NCBI GenBank assembly: GCA_030054835.1
Contig: JASGVS010000010.1
Location: forward strand, 10,276 to 74,275
Source: Bacillota bacterium
GTDB lineage: Bacteria > Bacillota > Limnochordia > Darwinibacteriales > Darwinibacteriaceae
Length of the DNA: 64,000 bases
Direction: 5' to 3'
Below, piece after piece: positions 1-10,468 of the stretch (position 1 is the first letter of the stretch; the number at the start of each line of letters is the position of its first letter). The position numbers and the translations under genes are program-made. The notes under the pieces are model-generated. The model had not been told where the DNA came from and ran no database searches. It saw only the letters and a program-made list of their open reading frames with translations.

Positions 1-386
1 CTCTCCACTGATGCATCTGGGCCCAGTAGAGGTCTACTCAAATCCCCTGCTAGCCGCTGGGCAATAGTTTCAGGTTCTGCGGTGAGAAGAATTAGGACAC
101 CCTTTTCCCGCAGGGCCCGGACATTCTCTGGGTCGAGCACAGCCCCTCCTCCGGTGGCCAGAACAAGTCCACGTTTTTGAGCCAGGCTGCGGATCGCTTC
201 TTTCTCCAATTTGCGAAAGGCTGCTTCACCTTTTGCGGCAAAAAACTCGGTGATGGAAACACCGAGTTTCGCTTCTAGAAGCTCATCTAGATCGACAAAC
301 TCCCTCTTTAGTCTAAGTGCCAGTTCTCTACCCACAGACGTCTTCCCCACACCCATAAAGCCCATGAGCACTATATTCCGCTTCAC
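1..386 (-). CDS. aroK: shikimate kinase; the window edge cuts the C-terminus, the start is a GTG overlapping the aroQ stop
   Basis: Reverse-strand translation gives [26 protein letters not shown]...; Walker A GxxGxGKT; shikimate-kinase architecture; 4-nt overlap (GTGA) with the upstream gene. Confidence 0.8.
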   Translation of the reverse strand, partial: MKRNIVLMGFMGVGKTSVGRELALRLKREFVDLDELLEAKLGVSITEFFAAKGEAAFRKLEKEAIRSLAQKRGLVLATGGGAVLDPENVRALREKGVLILLTAEPETIAQRLAGDLSRPLLGPDASVE

Positions 387-826
387 TTTTCCGCCCCCCG
401 CATTTCAAACACCGCGTACAGGGCTAACAGGTATGACCTGACACCAAAGCCGCTGATCTGACCAACGCAGACCGGGGCAATGACCGATTTATGGCGGAAC
501 TCTTCCCTGGCTTGAATGTTGCTTAGGTGTACCTCAATGGTGGGGATCTCCACAGCAGCCAATGCATCCCTCAGGGCGTAGCTGTAATGACTGAAGGCAC
601 CCGGGTTGAAGATGATCCAGTCGTAGGCACCTACCGCCTGATGGATCTTTTCGATCAGAACCCCTTCCCGGTTGGACTGGGCGAAACTCACTTCAATGCC
701 CAACTGGTTGCCCAGGGAGGCGATCTCTTCGTTAATCTGATCCAGTGTCATGTAACCGTAGATTTCAGGTTCGCGCTGCCCCAAAAGGTTCAAATTGGGG
801 CCGTGGAGTACTAAGACCTTGGTCAT
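383..826 (-). CDS. aroQ: 3-dehydroquinate dehydratase, type II
   Basis: 147-aa [27 protein letters not shown]..., the characteristic type II DHQase N-terminus and size. Confidence 0.9.
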   Translation of the reverse strand: MTKVLVLHGPNLNLLGQREPEIYGYMTLDQINEEIASLGNQLGIEVSFAQSNREGVLIEKIHQAVGAYDWIIFNPGAFSHYSYALRDALAAVEIPTIEVHLSNIQAREEFRHKSVIAPVCVGQISGFGVRSYLLALYAVFEMRGAEK

Positions 827-1656
827 TTCTGTACCTCCTTAGCCATAACAGCCAGGATTTCTTCTCCCATTTCAGGGGAAGCCTTCCGCCCCTGCCAAAT
901 CTCCTGGGAGCGAATTCCCTGATAAACCAGCATGGGCAGGCCGTTCTCCACTAGACACCCTGCCTGTTCTGCCTGCTGCAGGAGCAGACTGCGGGCGGGG
1001 TTGTAGTTCAAGTCATAAACAAGTTCCGCGCCTTCCAAATAGCTGGGATGGATGGGCGAATGGCCCACCAATGGGGGCATGCCCACCGGTGTGGCGTTCA
1101 CAATCATCTCATACTTCTGCCTGGGTATCCGCTCGATGTTGCATACTTCCGAATCCACATTGGGAAAGCGTTTGTCTAAATACAATTTTAACTGGTAAGC
1201 GGTCTCCACTTCCCGGTTGGCAATGGTGAAGGAGCAGCCTAATCTAGCAAGCTCCAAGGCAACCGTGTAGGCGGCACCGCCCGCACCAAGGATCAAGATG
1301 TGTTTGTCCGTGGCGTCGTAATCTAGACGTTCCAGGCCCGCCATAAAGCCCACACCGTCTGTATTATACCCAATCAAGCGTCCGTCTTCGTTTTTTACCG
1401 TGTTCACTGCAGAAAAGATCTCGGCACTGAGATCCAGTTCGTCTAGGAGGGGAATAATCTCCTTTTTGTGGGGAGATGTGACGTTAAAGCCGGCAAAGTT
1501 GCGCCTAAACATCTCTACCCCCACTGCCAGCTCGCTAGGAAGTACTTCCCAAGCGATGTAGGTATGGGGAAGAGCCCAGGCGGTGAAGATCAGTTTGTGT
1601 AGAAACGGTGAATAGGTATGTTCTAAGGGATAACCAATCAAGGCATATGCTTTCAT
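823..1656 (-). CDS. aroE: shikimate 5-dehydrogenase
   Basis: 277 aa; GAGGAA Rossmann motif ([13 protein letters not shown]); NTDGVGF motif typical of AroE; sits inside the aro operon. Confidence 0.85.
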   Translation of the reverse strand: MKAYALIGYPLEHTYSPFLHKLIFTAWALPHTYIAWEVLPSELAVGVEMFRRNFAGFNVTSPHKKEIIPLLDELDLSAEIFSAVNTVKNEDGRLIGYNTDGVGFMAGLERLDYDATDKHILILGAGGAAYTVALELARLGCSFTIANREVETAYQLKLYLDKRFPNVDSEVCNIERIPRQKYEMIVNATPVGMPPLVGHSPIHPSYLEGAELVYDLNYNPARSLLLQQAEQAGCLVENGLPMLVYQGIRSQEIWQGRKASPEMGEEILAVMAKEVQK

Positions 1657-1660
1657 TTTC

Positions 1661-2923
1661 TCACCCCACTATTAACCCTGCCCAGGTTTCTTGAAAGCCT
1701 GGAAAGGAAAGATCTAGCAACCCGCCCGATTCTGTTTTGGCCAAGCCCCCACTGATTAGGGACACCACTTCCCAGGCCAGGGCCAGGCGGTGATCACCAT
1801 AGTTCTCAAGGAAACCACTACCCAGCTTAGTGGGTCCGGTAATCTCCAAACCGTCCGGCAGCTCAGTAATATTGGCCCCAATCTTATTCAGCTCCCGGGC
1901 GAGATTCGCTAGGCGGTCAGACTCCTTGCTCCTGAGTTCTGCCGCATTTCGGATAATCGTTGTACCTTCCGCCTGGGTTGCCACAACGGCTAGAATAGGT
2001 ATTTCATCCACCAAACGAGGAATGATCGCCCCTTCCACCGTCGCAGCTGCCAGCTCGTCTGCACCGCGGACAACGACAGTACCGAAGGGTTCGCCCCCCA
2101 CTTCCTGCAGATCCACAATCTCAACTAAGGCACCCATCTGTCCCAGCACTTCGAGGAAGCCAAGCCGGGTTGGATTGAGCCCAACGTTTTCCACAACAAG
2201 CTCAGAACCTGGCAAAAGAACGGCTGCCCCGATCAAAAAGGCAGCAGCAGATAAGTCGCCGGGAATGTATACTTCCCGGCCTTCCAAAGGAGTGCCGCCC
2301 GTGATTTGAATGGTCCCCTCGATGCGGCGCAGTTGGGCGCCGCTTTCCTTGAGCATACGTTCGGTGTGATCCCTTGACTGCACAGGTTCAACAATCTGGC
2401 TTGTCCCTTCTGCCTGCAGAGCAGCAAAGAGAATTGCCGATTTGACCTGGGCGTGGGGTATGGGCAGCTCATAGCGGATCCCCTTGAGTCCGCCGCCCCG
2501 GATGGTAAGGGGCGCCAGATTACTGCCCGCAGCACCGTACATATCCGCGCCCATCTTGCGCAGTGGATCAATGATGGCACCCATGGGACGGCTGCGCAGG
2601 GATGGTCCACCATCCAGGAAACTCAAGAAGTCCTGGCCGGCCAGTACACCGGCCAGCATGCGCAGGGTAGCCCCCGATTCATTACAAAAGAGCACTTCTT
2701 CCGTCCTGTCCAGACGAAAGCCGCGCCCTTCCACATGCCAAGCTTCCTTATTTTTGTGGATGGAAACGCCCAGCTGCGCCAAACAGCGCCTGGTACATGA
2801 ACAATCCAGACCTTCGTTTAACCCATGAATAACTGAAGGCCCATGGCTGAGGCTGCTGATAATAAGAGCCCGATGGGAAATGGCCTTGTCCCCGGGCACC
2901 ACAGTGCGACCCAGCAATTTCAT
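1661..2923 (-). CDS. aroA: 3-phosphoshikimate 1-carboxyvinyltransferase (EPSP synthase); start moved to the internal MKLLG, which has a G-rich RBS
   Basis: ORF of 443 aa; LRSRPMGAII, GDLSAAAF, RxKESDR motifs diagnostic of EPSP synthase; the ORF-track start at 2992 is probably too long. Confidence 0.9.
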   Translation of the reverse strand: MKLLGRTVVPGDKAISHRALIISSLSHGPSVIHGLNEGLDCSCTRRCLAQLGVSIHKNKEAWHVEGRGFRLDRTEEVLFCNESGATLRMLAGVLAGQDFLSFLDGGPSLRSRPMGAIIDPLRKMGADMYGAAGSNLAPLTIRGGGLKGIRYELPIPHAQVKSAILFAALQAEGTSQIVEPVQSRDHTERMLKESGAQLRRIEGTIQITGGTPLEGREVYIPGDLSAAAFLIGAAVLLPGSELVVENVGLNPTRLGFLEVLGQMGALVEIVDLQEVGGEPFGTVVVRGADELAAATVEGAIIPRLVDEIPILAVVATQAEGTTIIRNAAELRSKESDRLANLARELNKIGANITELPDGLEITGPTKLGSGFLENYGDHRLALAWEVVSLISGGLAKTESGGLLDLSFPGFQETWAGLIVG

Positions 2924-2981
2924 TGCGTTTCCCCCCTGCGAGATTACCACGGGCGATAGAATCGCATCGCTTCTATTACCT

Positions 2982-3011
2982 ATTTTACCCAACTTTGGAT
3001 CTATTTGTCAA
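2982..3011 (-). promoter_or_regulatory. sigma-A-like promoter for the aroA-aroE-aroQ-aroK operon (TTGACA-18-TAAAAT on the minus strand)
   Basis: The reverse complement reads TTGACAaatagatccaaagttgggTAAAAT about 55 nt upstream of the proposed aroA start. Confidence 0.4.
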
Positions 3012-3039
3012 TTAAACCCAAGCTGAGCGGCTAGTAGGC

Positions 3040-3897
3040 TCAGCCTTGACTCCGGTAAAGCATCCGCCACACGCCCAGAGTAAAGAAAACAAGGGCAGTA
3101 ACCACAAGGATGAGTAAACTCACCCAGGGACTGACCGCGCTGTCGCCGAACCTGAAAACCACACCCATCATGGTCTGAAACTCCTCGAGCACAGCGCCGG
3201 GAGCCCCAGCAAAGGCCAGATTCATGGGCACCTCCATCAAAACCTGCCGGAACAAACATGCGGCATGGGAGATGGGAAAGAGTTTGATCGCAGTTTGGAC
3301 GGACGGGGGCAGAACCCCTAGGGGAACGTAAATACCCATCAAAAAGCCGATCAGAGTCCCCACCACAGTACTAGCCACACCAAAGGCGTTCTGGGTTTTG
3401 AAAAACGAGACTAGGAAAAAGAGTATGGCTCCGCTCACAGTGGTGGAGAGGAGAATAAGGCCAAGGACCTTGACAAGGCCTGCAATTGGCAGGATGCTGC
3501 CGCCGTTAGCAACGATGTAAAGTTCAGTTAGAAGCAGAGCAACCAAGCCCATAACCACTCCCACCGTGAGGGTAGAAAGGAGGTAACCTCCCACGATGGT
3601 GCTGCGTTTGATGGGAGACGTCTGGAAGTCCTGGGCAATACCCCTGGCCCGGTCCTCCACCACCACACCGACGGCACCCATGGTTGTGGTGACTGCGGTT
3701 ACGGCCAAAAGACCCGCCATAATCCAGCTGTCCATAAGGAACCTGGCCGCCGGCACTCCTTCCATGTCTGCCATTACCGTATCACCAAGGAAAAGGACAT
3801 AGAGACCAATAATGATAAACACGGCTAGAAGGGAGAAAAAGACAGAGGCCCGATCTCTGAAAAAGAGCTTCAGATTGCGGAGAGCGAAGGTAATCAT
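3040..3897 (-). CDS. ABC-2 family transporter permease
   Basis: 285 aa with six hydrophobic segments; translationally coupled (4-nt overlap) to the upstream ATPase; DrrB-like architecture. Confidence 0.75.
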   Translation of the reverse strand: MITFALRNLKLFFRDRASVFFSLLAVFIIIGLYVLFLGDTVMADMEGVPAARFLMDSWIMAGLLAVTAVTTTMGAVGVVVEDRARGIAQDFQTSPIKRSTIVGGYLLSTLTVGVVMGLVALLLTELYIVANGGSILPIAGLVKVLGLILLSTTVSGAILFFLVSFFKTQNAFGVASTVVGTLIGFLMGIYVPLGVLPPSVQTAIKLFPISHAACLFRQVLMEVPMNLAFAGAPGAVLEEFQTMMGVVFRFGDSAVSPWVSLLILVVTALVFFTLGVWRMLYRSQG

Positions 3898-4811
3898 GGG
3901 CGGATCTCCTTTCCTGTGATGCCGATGAAGGCATCGTCCATAGTACCCTGGATTACTTCAAAGCCGGAAATATGGTCCCGCACCCTGTCGATTATGGGCA
4001 GGGCAGCGAAGGTAGAAGGAATGTCAATGGCTACCACATCTGCCTGTTCCCTAAAGCTTAAAGACATCTCCATGAGAAGTCCACGCAGCGTTTTCAGATC
4101 GTCTGTCCAGAGCCGCAGCTGATCCCGAGCGTATTCTTCCTTCAGCTGGGCAGGGGTACCCTTCGCTGCGATCTCCCCATGGTCGATCACGATCACATAG
4201 TCCGCACCTGCCGCCTCTTCCATGTAATGGGTGGTGAGAAAGACGGTCATCTCGTTTTCCCGCTGCAGGGCATGGATTCTATCCCACACATTACGGCGGG
4301 TTTGGGCGTCAAGACCGGTGGTGGGCTCATCCAAAAAGAGAATCTTGGGCCTATTCACAAGTGCCCGGGCCAGATCTGCCCGGCGCCGCTGGCCGCCCGA
4401 AAGCTGGCCGTAGGGACGGTTGAGAAACTCGGTTACCTCTGCCTCTTCTGCTGCCCGCTGGACTGCCTTCTCCAGGACTTGACCCTTTAGGCCGTAGAAA
4501 CTGCCCCGGGTCAAAAGATTCTCCTTCACGGTCAAAAGATCGTCAAGGTAGTTACCCTGAAAGACAACGCCGATGGAGGAGCGGATTTGACCATCCTCCC
4601 TACCCAGTTCATGGCCGTTGATTCTAGCACTGCCCCGGTCCGCTTTGAGGGCGGTGGAGAGAATACCGATGGTAGTAGTCTTACCCGCACCATTGGGCCC
4701 CAAAAAAGCAAAGAACTTGCCCTTCTCCACGTAAAAGTCAATACCCCGCACCGCCTCAATCTGGCCGTAGGATTTCCTCAACCCCTGTACTTCAATAGCT
4801 TTCTCCATCAC
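3894..4811 (-). CDS. ABC transporter ATP-binding protein (DrrA-like)
   Basis: Walker A GPNGAGKTTT, ABC signature LSGGQRRR, Walker B ILFLDEPTTGLD. Confidence 0.85.
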   Translation of the reverse strand: MMEKAIEVQGLRKSYGQIEAVRGIDFYVEKGKFFAFLGPNGAGKTTTIGILSTALKADRGSARINGHELGREDGQIRSSIGVVFQGNYLDDLLTVKENLLTRGSFYGLKGQVLEKAVQRAAEEAEVTEFLNRPYGQLSGGQRRRADLARALVNRPKILFLDEPTTGLDAQTRRNVWDRIHALQRENEMTVFLTTHYMEEAAGADYVIVIDHGEIAAKGTPAQLKEEYARDQLRLWTDDLKTLRGLLMEMSLSFREQADVVAIDIPSTFAALPIIDRVRDHISGFEVIQGTMDDAFIGITGKEIRP

Positions 4812-4939
4812 GAAACCGCCTTTGTCTTCGGCTCCCCCCTATAGACGTACCCAGTTTAGCCGTTTGGATTAGGGAACCGAATGGATTGTCTCTGAGTATT
4901 TCAGGCGCAGTCTCCCTTTTCCTTCCTCCCAAAGTGAAA

Positions 4940-4967
4940 CTCTCCCGGTCTGGTTTGCCCGGGAGAG
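4940..4967 (-). terminator. stem-loop downstream of the second dynamin gene (9-bp perfect inverted repeat CTCTCCCGG/CCGGGAGAG); the U-tract is weak
   Basis: Inverted repeat read directly; T-rich tract only partial on the minus strand. Confidence 0.35.
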
Positions 4968-5005
4968 AACAACCACCCACTCTTCATCATTTGACGGGTC
5001 GGTTC

Positions 5006-7573
5006 TCACGCTCTGGACCACTGCACCTGCAGCGACTCCTTCGCTTCTCCTAGACTGCGAAGTTGTGCCTGACGCCGTTTGAGCTCATTTGCAATACTTC
5101 TTGCTTCCTGAATGTAACGCTCCACTTCCCGTTTGTGGCGTTGGTGTTCCGCAATAAGTTCACGTACCTGGCTGTCATAGTTTTGGACATAGTGGGCAAT
5201 GTGTCTAAGAACTGCCTCACCCAGCTGTTCTTGCTGCTGATCGATCATCTTCTCCACTTCTGGCATAACCTCGTCATAGATAGCACGGTCTATGTGTTCC
5301 CAAATATGTTGTTGAACCTCTCGACGGACTTGCTCCAGGCTTGGGCCGAAGAAACGACCGAGAAATGAGCCGATTACTCCTCCCAAAATGGTCCCTATTC
5401 CAGGCAGAATGGCTGAACCGACCACTGCTCCGCCGATCACTCCCCACCCAGCTGTTGACTCCGAGGCCGTAAGTGCCGAGTCAATTTCTTCCAAAGCAGG
5501 TTGCAACAATGATGCTCCAAACGCTACATTCAGTGAAGATTTAACCCGTACTTCAATCTGTGCGAGTCTCTTGAGAGAGTACTGCCGTTCAAAGCGTTCC
5601 TCGAAGTTGTGGAAAGCCTGGGGTAAAATCGCGTTTAATTTCTTTTCCACTTCCTTTGTGGCGTCAGCGAGCTCACGCTCAACTGCCCTACGAAAACTGT
5701 TCATCATCCTACGCAACGTATCTTCACAGATAGTTTTTAACTCATCAAATGACGTCGCCTGCGCGAGCTCTTGCGAGATATCGTTCTTATATGCAGTTGC
5801 CAACGCACTGAGGCGCGAGTAGAAGATCTGCAGATACGCCTCCCTATCAAACCTTTCTGCGATGTAACGAAGCACGGGAGTTTTCTCGTTTTCCACAAAC
5901 GCGTTAATATCTGGGATTGTATACGCATTAAGTTCTTGCAGGCGCGCGTAAAAAGTTTGCTCCATATTAGACGCCTGCTTGGATAAGAGCTCCATTAGGC
6001 TGTGTTCCACTTTGAGTAAGTGGCGAATCATTATCGCCTCTCTGTTATGTGTCATCGTATCGATAACCGAACCGATAACCGCAGAGAACTCTTTCCCGTA
6101 CTTGGACTTCGGCTCTCGCAGAGCCATCAAAGGGCTCAAAGCCAGAATTTCAGGGTTTGAGATTCCGGTCTGCGCTCGGATCTTGTCCCGAATAATGTCG
6201 ACTATCTCCTGTAGATCCTCCTCATCTTCTGCCATGTCAGCTTTAGTAACGGCGAAAAGAATGGCTCCACTGACCCCTTCCAAATGCTCCCGTACAAAAT
6301 GGAAATCATAGCTTGTACCAGCCTGATCTGCGGGGTAGAGAAACATGGCTGCATCGGCTATCCGGTCTATCACATCCACCGTAATCTGACTGTGTATCTC
6401 CTCAGCATTTAGACCCGGTGTGTCAATGATCGTCAGACCTCCACGGAGGTAGTTCGACGGATACTCTAGCCGCACTGACTCGATCAATCCGTCCAATACA
6501 TTCACTTGCTTGGCCCGTGGAGCGGCAGTGAACTGGGCGATGAGTGGGCCGATCGCCTGCTTCTGTTCCTGTGATGTAATCACAAAACCCCTCCTGCTTG
6601 TGGCGAGCTCACTCAAAGGCCGCACAACCAATCGGCCCACTTCTGGAGAGAAACCGATCCAATAGTAGCCAGGTTCCGATATTTTTACGGTTGAAGTTTC
6701 AGGGGGTTGCGGAACCTTTCGGATTTTTTTCGTGTATGGGCGGTAGAGTCCCAGCGAACCCAGCAGTCTGGTCAGCAGTCGTCCCCACCCTTTCCTCTGA
6801 TACCTATACGGATAACGGCTCCGGAGGTAATCCCAGTTACATTCGATCCGTACGTTGTAAATGCCTGGCTCAAAGAATACTGCTCTCCCATACTCCCCCG
6901 AAAGGAAAAGATCGTTGAGAACCACCCTCTTTTTCGACCTCACGTTCGCTATCTGGACAAAGGGTCGGTTCTCTCCTTCCATAAATAGCACATCATCCCC
7001 TGTTGCTGTCTGATTGGCAATACTGCTGTAAAGAAACTGCACCTCCCTGTCCGCTTCCCAAACGTCCACATTGCCGGAACATACGGTTCTTCCTTGTGTC
7101 TTTATGTCGTAACTGAAAGAACCCGGTGTTTTTATTGTTAAAGTAACACCGTAGATACCGGGTCCAACTTGCGTGAGGATAACGTGCCCGTTCAGGAACT
7201 CACCCTCTAACGTCAGCTCCCCGATTACTTCCGTAACAACCTCCTGACTGGACGGCAACCCCCGAATCAAAAGGGATAGGGTGGGTCTGTCACCATAGGA
7301 GATGAAAGTAGGACAGATAGTAGTAGGGTGCAGGCGGCTCGTTAAGAGGTCTTCACCAAGGATAGCATTGATCAGCGTGGATTTGCCGGTTGAGAACCCA
7401 CCTACCAGCGCCAAATGGACCTGGTCCGTTGCCAACTTCCGGTCAATCAACGCGAGCGAATCCTGCACTCGCTGGGACACATCGTGCGGAAGATCTAAAT
7501 AAGTGCATTCCCTAACAACTCGCCTAAGGTAGGTCCGATTGTCCTCAATTACCTTCCGCGGCTGCACTCTCAT
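5006..7573 (-). CDS. bacterial dynamin-like GTPase (paralog 2, 855 aa) with a roughly 270-aa insertion between switch I and the DxxG motif, and a glycine-rich C-terminal membrane paddle
   Basis: G1 GGFSTGKST; G2 HPTT; G3 IIDTPGL roughly 310 aa downstream; G4 TKAD; long coiled-coil stalk; GGAVVGSAILPGIGTILGGVIGSFLG hydrophobic Gly-rich segment. Confidence 0.8.
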   Translation of the reverse strand: MRVQPRKVIEDNRTYLRRVVRECTYLDLPHDVSQRVQDSLALIDRKLATDQVHLALVGGFSTGKSTLINAILGEDLLTSRLHPTTICPTFISYGDRPTLSLLIRGLPSSQEVVTEVIGELTLEGEFLNGHVILTQVGPGIYGVTLTIKTPGSFSYDIKTQGRTVCSGNVDVWEADREVQFLYSSIANQTATGDDVLFMEGENRPFVQIANVRSKKRVVLNDLFLSGEYGRAVFFEPGIYNVRIECNWDYLRSRYPYRYQRKGWGRLLTRLLGSLGLYRPYTKKIRKVPQPPETSTVKISEPGYYWIGFSPEVGRLVVRPLSELATSRRGFVITSQEQKQAIGPLIAQFTAAPRAKQVNVLDGLIESVRLEYPSNYLRGGLTIIDTPGLNAEEIHSQITVDVIDRIADAAMFLYPADQAGTSYDFHFVREHLEGVSGAILFAVTKADMAEDEEDLQEIVDIIRDKIRAQTGISNPEILALSPLMALREPKSKYGKEFSAVIGSVIDTMTHNREAIMIRHLLKVEHSLMELLSKQASNMEQTFYARLQELNAYTIPDINAFVENEKTPVLRYIAERFDREAYLQIFYSRLSALATAYKNDISQELAQATSFDELKTICEDTLRRMMNSFRRAVERELADATKEVEKKLNAILPQAFHNFEERFERQYSLKRLAQIEVRVKSSLNVAFGASLLQPALEEIDSALTASESTAGWGVIGGAVVGSAILPGIGTILGGVIGSFLGRFFGPSLEQVRREVQQHIWEHIDRAIYDEVMPEVEKMIDQQQEQLGEAVLRHIAHYVQNYDSQVRELIAEHQRHKREVERYIQEARSIANELKRRQAQLRSLGEAKESLQVQWSRA

Positions 7574-9521
7574 TCACCCCCTTCTCAAGCAGGAGTGCCA
7601 ACTTCTGTTTGGTAAGTGTCAGTTCTGCGAGGGACGCTTTATACATGTCAATTGCGCCATATTTGTCCCTTTCCAGTTCAGTCCGGGCGCTCTTCAACTG
7701 GCGCTCCAGATTTGACAGCATAGCTCGGATCCCGTCATTGACAACCATAGCAAGCTGCTCCATGTGCTCCATAGCGTTCTTCTTAATCTGGCGTTCAGCC
7801 TTGTCCGGCATTTCCCCAACCGCTTCTCTCAGCTGTTGCGCGATCTCTACCCGGAGTTCCTCCAGCGCACGGGGGCTCATTGTTCGCCACAGAGTGTACG
7901 CGACCGCCCCAGACGCCATTAGCCCGGTTATGGGGTTCAAAAGTCCGAGAGCCCAGAGAACCGCATTGGCCGCCGTTACTCCTCCCAACTGGAGAATGGC
8001 ACCCTTAAGACCGAACACGCCTCCGGTAAACACTCCGCCCACATCACCCAGCAAAAGAGAACCTCCCGCAGCCAAGAGACGTTCAAAGCCGCTACCCGCT
8101 GTTGCGAGGCTGCTTGAGGCAGATCTGAATTCCGGTGCCAATTTCAGTTTAAGCTCGTCAATTTCCTCTAAGACACCCTGTACATGGCTTTCTACTAGAC
8201 GTTGAATCTGCTCCCCCTCCGTCCGGAGGATCTCCCTAGCTTCGCTTTCCTGCCAATCACGGATTTCACGCTGGATCCAGTCCTCAAGATAGGCAGCAAC
8301 TGCCTCCCGGTACTCAGTTTGAGCAAAGACACTGCCTTCCAGCTCAAGTTCTCGGGCCAGGGTCGGTAGATTACCTGCGATTGAACGGCAGCGTCTGGAA
8401 AAGCTATTGTAGAGCCGCTCGCCAATATGGGCACCCGCCTGCCCTATTCGCATTACGATGTACTCTTTTTTCTCGGAAATGCTCACTCGGCTCTTCTCAA
8501 ACTGCTTTTCCAACTTCTGCAGATCCTCGAGTTTGGACCGTTCCAGTAGATTCAGTCTAATCTCTGTCAACTCCCCAAGCTCGTCGATATATGTGTCTAA
8601 CATCCCCTGTGCGGACTGCAATTTAACATATCCCCGATCTCTCACCAGGAATGTCTCCAGAGCCTTTTCCAAACTTGGAAAACGACTGTTGGCAAGGGAG
8701 ATCTCATCGCCATGTAACCTGCCGTTGAGGGCGTCCCGGGCAGAAATAATGAAGGTGCGATCAGGGTTACCGATTTTTTCCCGCACCCGTTCCCAGATAT
8801 CCAGTTCATCGTCCTCTGTAAGGTGGTCTGCGTAATTAACTGCATAGAAGATATGATCGTAGCCCCGACCAATCAATTCTTCCCGGACAAATTTCAGCTC
8901 TTGCAACGAAAAGAGCTGTAGGCACGACAACACCATAATGGCCGTATCGCACTCATTCAAGAACCTAACGGTAAGCTTTTGACGGGTTTCATCTTCCTCT
9001 AAACCAGGCGAATCCACAATCTCTACGCCATTCTTACAAAGGTCCAACGGATAGTAGAGTTCAACCCTTTCAACCGGGGTTTCGATCCGACTCGAATAGG
9101 AACCGTGCTTGTGGTCCTTTCTCCGAATCAGAAGGTACTCCCTCAGATTCTCAGGGGAGACCTCCTCGGGTTCATCCCTATCCTTAAAATAGACCAATGC
9201 CCTGGGCTGCTCTCCGTATTTGATCACAGTGATCACTGCAGTAGTGGGAGTCATCTTCGCGGGCAGCACTTTGTCACCCAAAAGTGCATTAATCAGAGTG
9301 GACTTTCCGCGCGAGAATCCGCCTACCACGATAACCCGAAACATCGACTCGGTAACTAAATGCCTCAAACGCGTAAGCTTGTCCTGGTACTCCTCACTCA
9401 CTCCCAAAACCTGAGAAATGTCGTTCACATCCGAGACGAGCTCCTGGAGTCGATCTCTAAGAACATTGAACTCTTCATAGGTGGTAGCTGTCCCAGTTTC
9501 GATTCTGCCCATTTCCTTCAC
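7545..9521 (-). CDS. bacterial dynamin-like GTPase (paralog 1, 658 aa)
   Basis: G1 GGFSRGKST; G2 TPTT; G3 DSPG; helical stalk; Gly-rich hydrophobic paddle GGVFGLKGAILQLGGVTAANAVLWALGLL; 29-nt overlap with the downstream dynamin gene. Confidence 0.8.
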   Translation of the reverse strand: MKEMGRIETGTATTYEEFNVLRDRLQELVSDVNDISQVLGVSEEYQDKLTRLRHLVTESMFRVIVVGGFSRGKSTLINALLGDKVLPAKMTPTTAVITVIKYGEQPRALVYFKDRDEPEEVSPENLREYLLIRRKDHKHGSYSSRIETPVERVELYYPLDLCKNGVEIVDSPGLEEDETRQKLTVRFLNECDTAIMVLSCLQLFSLQELKFVREELIGRGYDHIFYAVNYADHLTEDDELDIWERVREKIGNPDRTFIISARDALNGRLHGDEISLANSRFPSLEKALETFLVRDRGYVKLQSAQGMLDTYIDELGELTEIRLNLLERSKLEDLQKLEKQFEKSRVSISEKKEYIVMRIGQAGAHIGERLYNSFSRRCRSIAGNLPTLARELELEGSVFAQTEYREAVAAYLEDWIQREIRDWQESEAREILRTEGEQIQRLVESHVQGVLEEIDELKLKLAPEFRSASSSLATAGSGFERLLAAGGSLLLGDVGGVFTGGVFGLKGAILQLGGVTAANAVLWALGLLNPITGLMASGAVAYTLWRTMSPRALEELRVEIAQQLREAVGEMPDKAERQIKKNAMEHMEQLAMVVNDGIRAMLSNLERQLKSARTELERDKYGAIDMYKASLAELTLTKQKLALLLEKGVNESAAAEGN

Positions 9522-9522
9522 C

Positions 9523-10464
9523 TCACATTTTTTCGTTCGCCACTTGGCGACCGCAAGCTATGCAATAAAAGGAGCCTTCCTCGAACGGTTCTCCGCAGGT
9601 ACATTGTCCAACAAACGCTTGTGATGCCTTGCGTTTCTTATTGAGAATAGCATCATAGACACCCCGATCGATCCACTGCAGCAGATCACTGAAACGGACT
9701 ATAACCCAAGGGTGAGTGTTCCACATCTGCCCCACAAACCGATAGAACCGATTTACCGAATCGGATGTCACCATCCGCTGAAAATCATCCGCCTGACGAT
9801 GGATCTCCTCAAGGTTGAGCCGATCAAACCAATCTCTAGGTACACCGGCGAAGCGACAGAAAACTGCTTTTGCTGCATTCAGGTCCTGACAGGCAAGCAG
9901 ACCGGCCCTGTCTGCACTAAACTCTGATTTCCTAATCCAATCGTACAAAGCAACTTCAAACCCGGTCCCAACCAACGCTCCTAACCCCAGTGTTGCACTA
10001 CCCATTAGAGTTATTAAGCGAGGAAGGTAAATCCCAATTTGGTGATAGAGTATATGCTGACAGTGGATATGACCCAATTCATGGCCCAGTACAAACCTAA
10101 GTTCTTCTTGTGTTAAATGGCTCAACAGCTCTGTGGTTAAGGTAACGTGGGGATACTCAACACCGGCAGCAAAGGCGTTCAGAGAAAATTGCTGTTGTAC
10201 AAAGAGGTCCACATGCCAGGAAATACCCAACACAGACTTGGTTTCCTGAAACAGCTCGTACAACTCTGGAAACTGCCGGGGTGTGACACGGACTTTACTA
10301 GCCATACTCTCAAGAATGAGGAGCCGATCATACCCAACCTCATTGAACTTCCTGACTACAGGTGTTAGCCCGGGAACCCTCTCTAACGCCGTTCGGGCTT
10401 CCCGGTCCATGGGATGTACATACTCAGCAGGATCTAGGCCAGACAAGATAACTCTATCGTCCAT
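9523..10464 (-). CDS. M48-family-like Zn metallopeptidase with a C-terminal C4 zinc ribbon
   Basis: HELGH (HExxH) followed by the EFSADRAG third-ligand motif typical of M48/HtpX-like peptidases; C-terminal CTCGEPFEEGSFYCIACG; 1-nt gap to the dynamin gene. Confidence 0.7.
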   Translation of the reverse strand: MDDRVILSGLDPAEYVHPMDREARTALERVPGLTPVVRKFNEVGYDRLLILESMASKVRVTPRQFPELYELFQETKSVLGISWHVDLFVQQQFSLNAFAAGVEYPHVTLTTELLSHLTQEELRFVLGHELGHIHCQHILYHQIGIYLPRLITLMGSATLGLGALVGTGFEVALYDWIRKSEFSADRAGLLACQDLNAAKAVFCRFAGVPRDWFDRLNLEEIHRQADDFQRMVTSDSVNRFYRFVGQMWNTHPWVIVRFSDLLQWIDRGVYDAILNKKRKASQAFVGQCTCGEPFEEGSFYCIACGRQVANEKM

Positions 10465-10468
10465 GCCC

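Noticed and set aside
1830-2828. Several 100-160-aa ORFs on both strands inside aroA (1830..2309+, 2233..2613-, 2453..2800+, 2484..2828+)
   Set aside because: Shadow ORFs typical of GC-rich coding DNA. They overlap a confidently identified EPSP synthase gene and have Ser/Arg/Pro/Ala-rich low-complexity translations.
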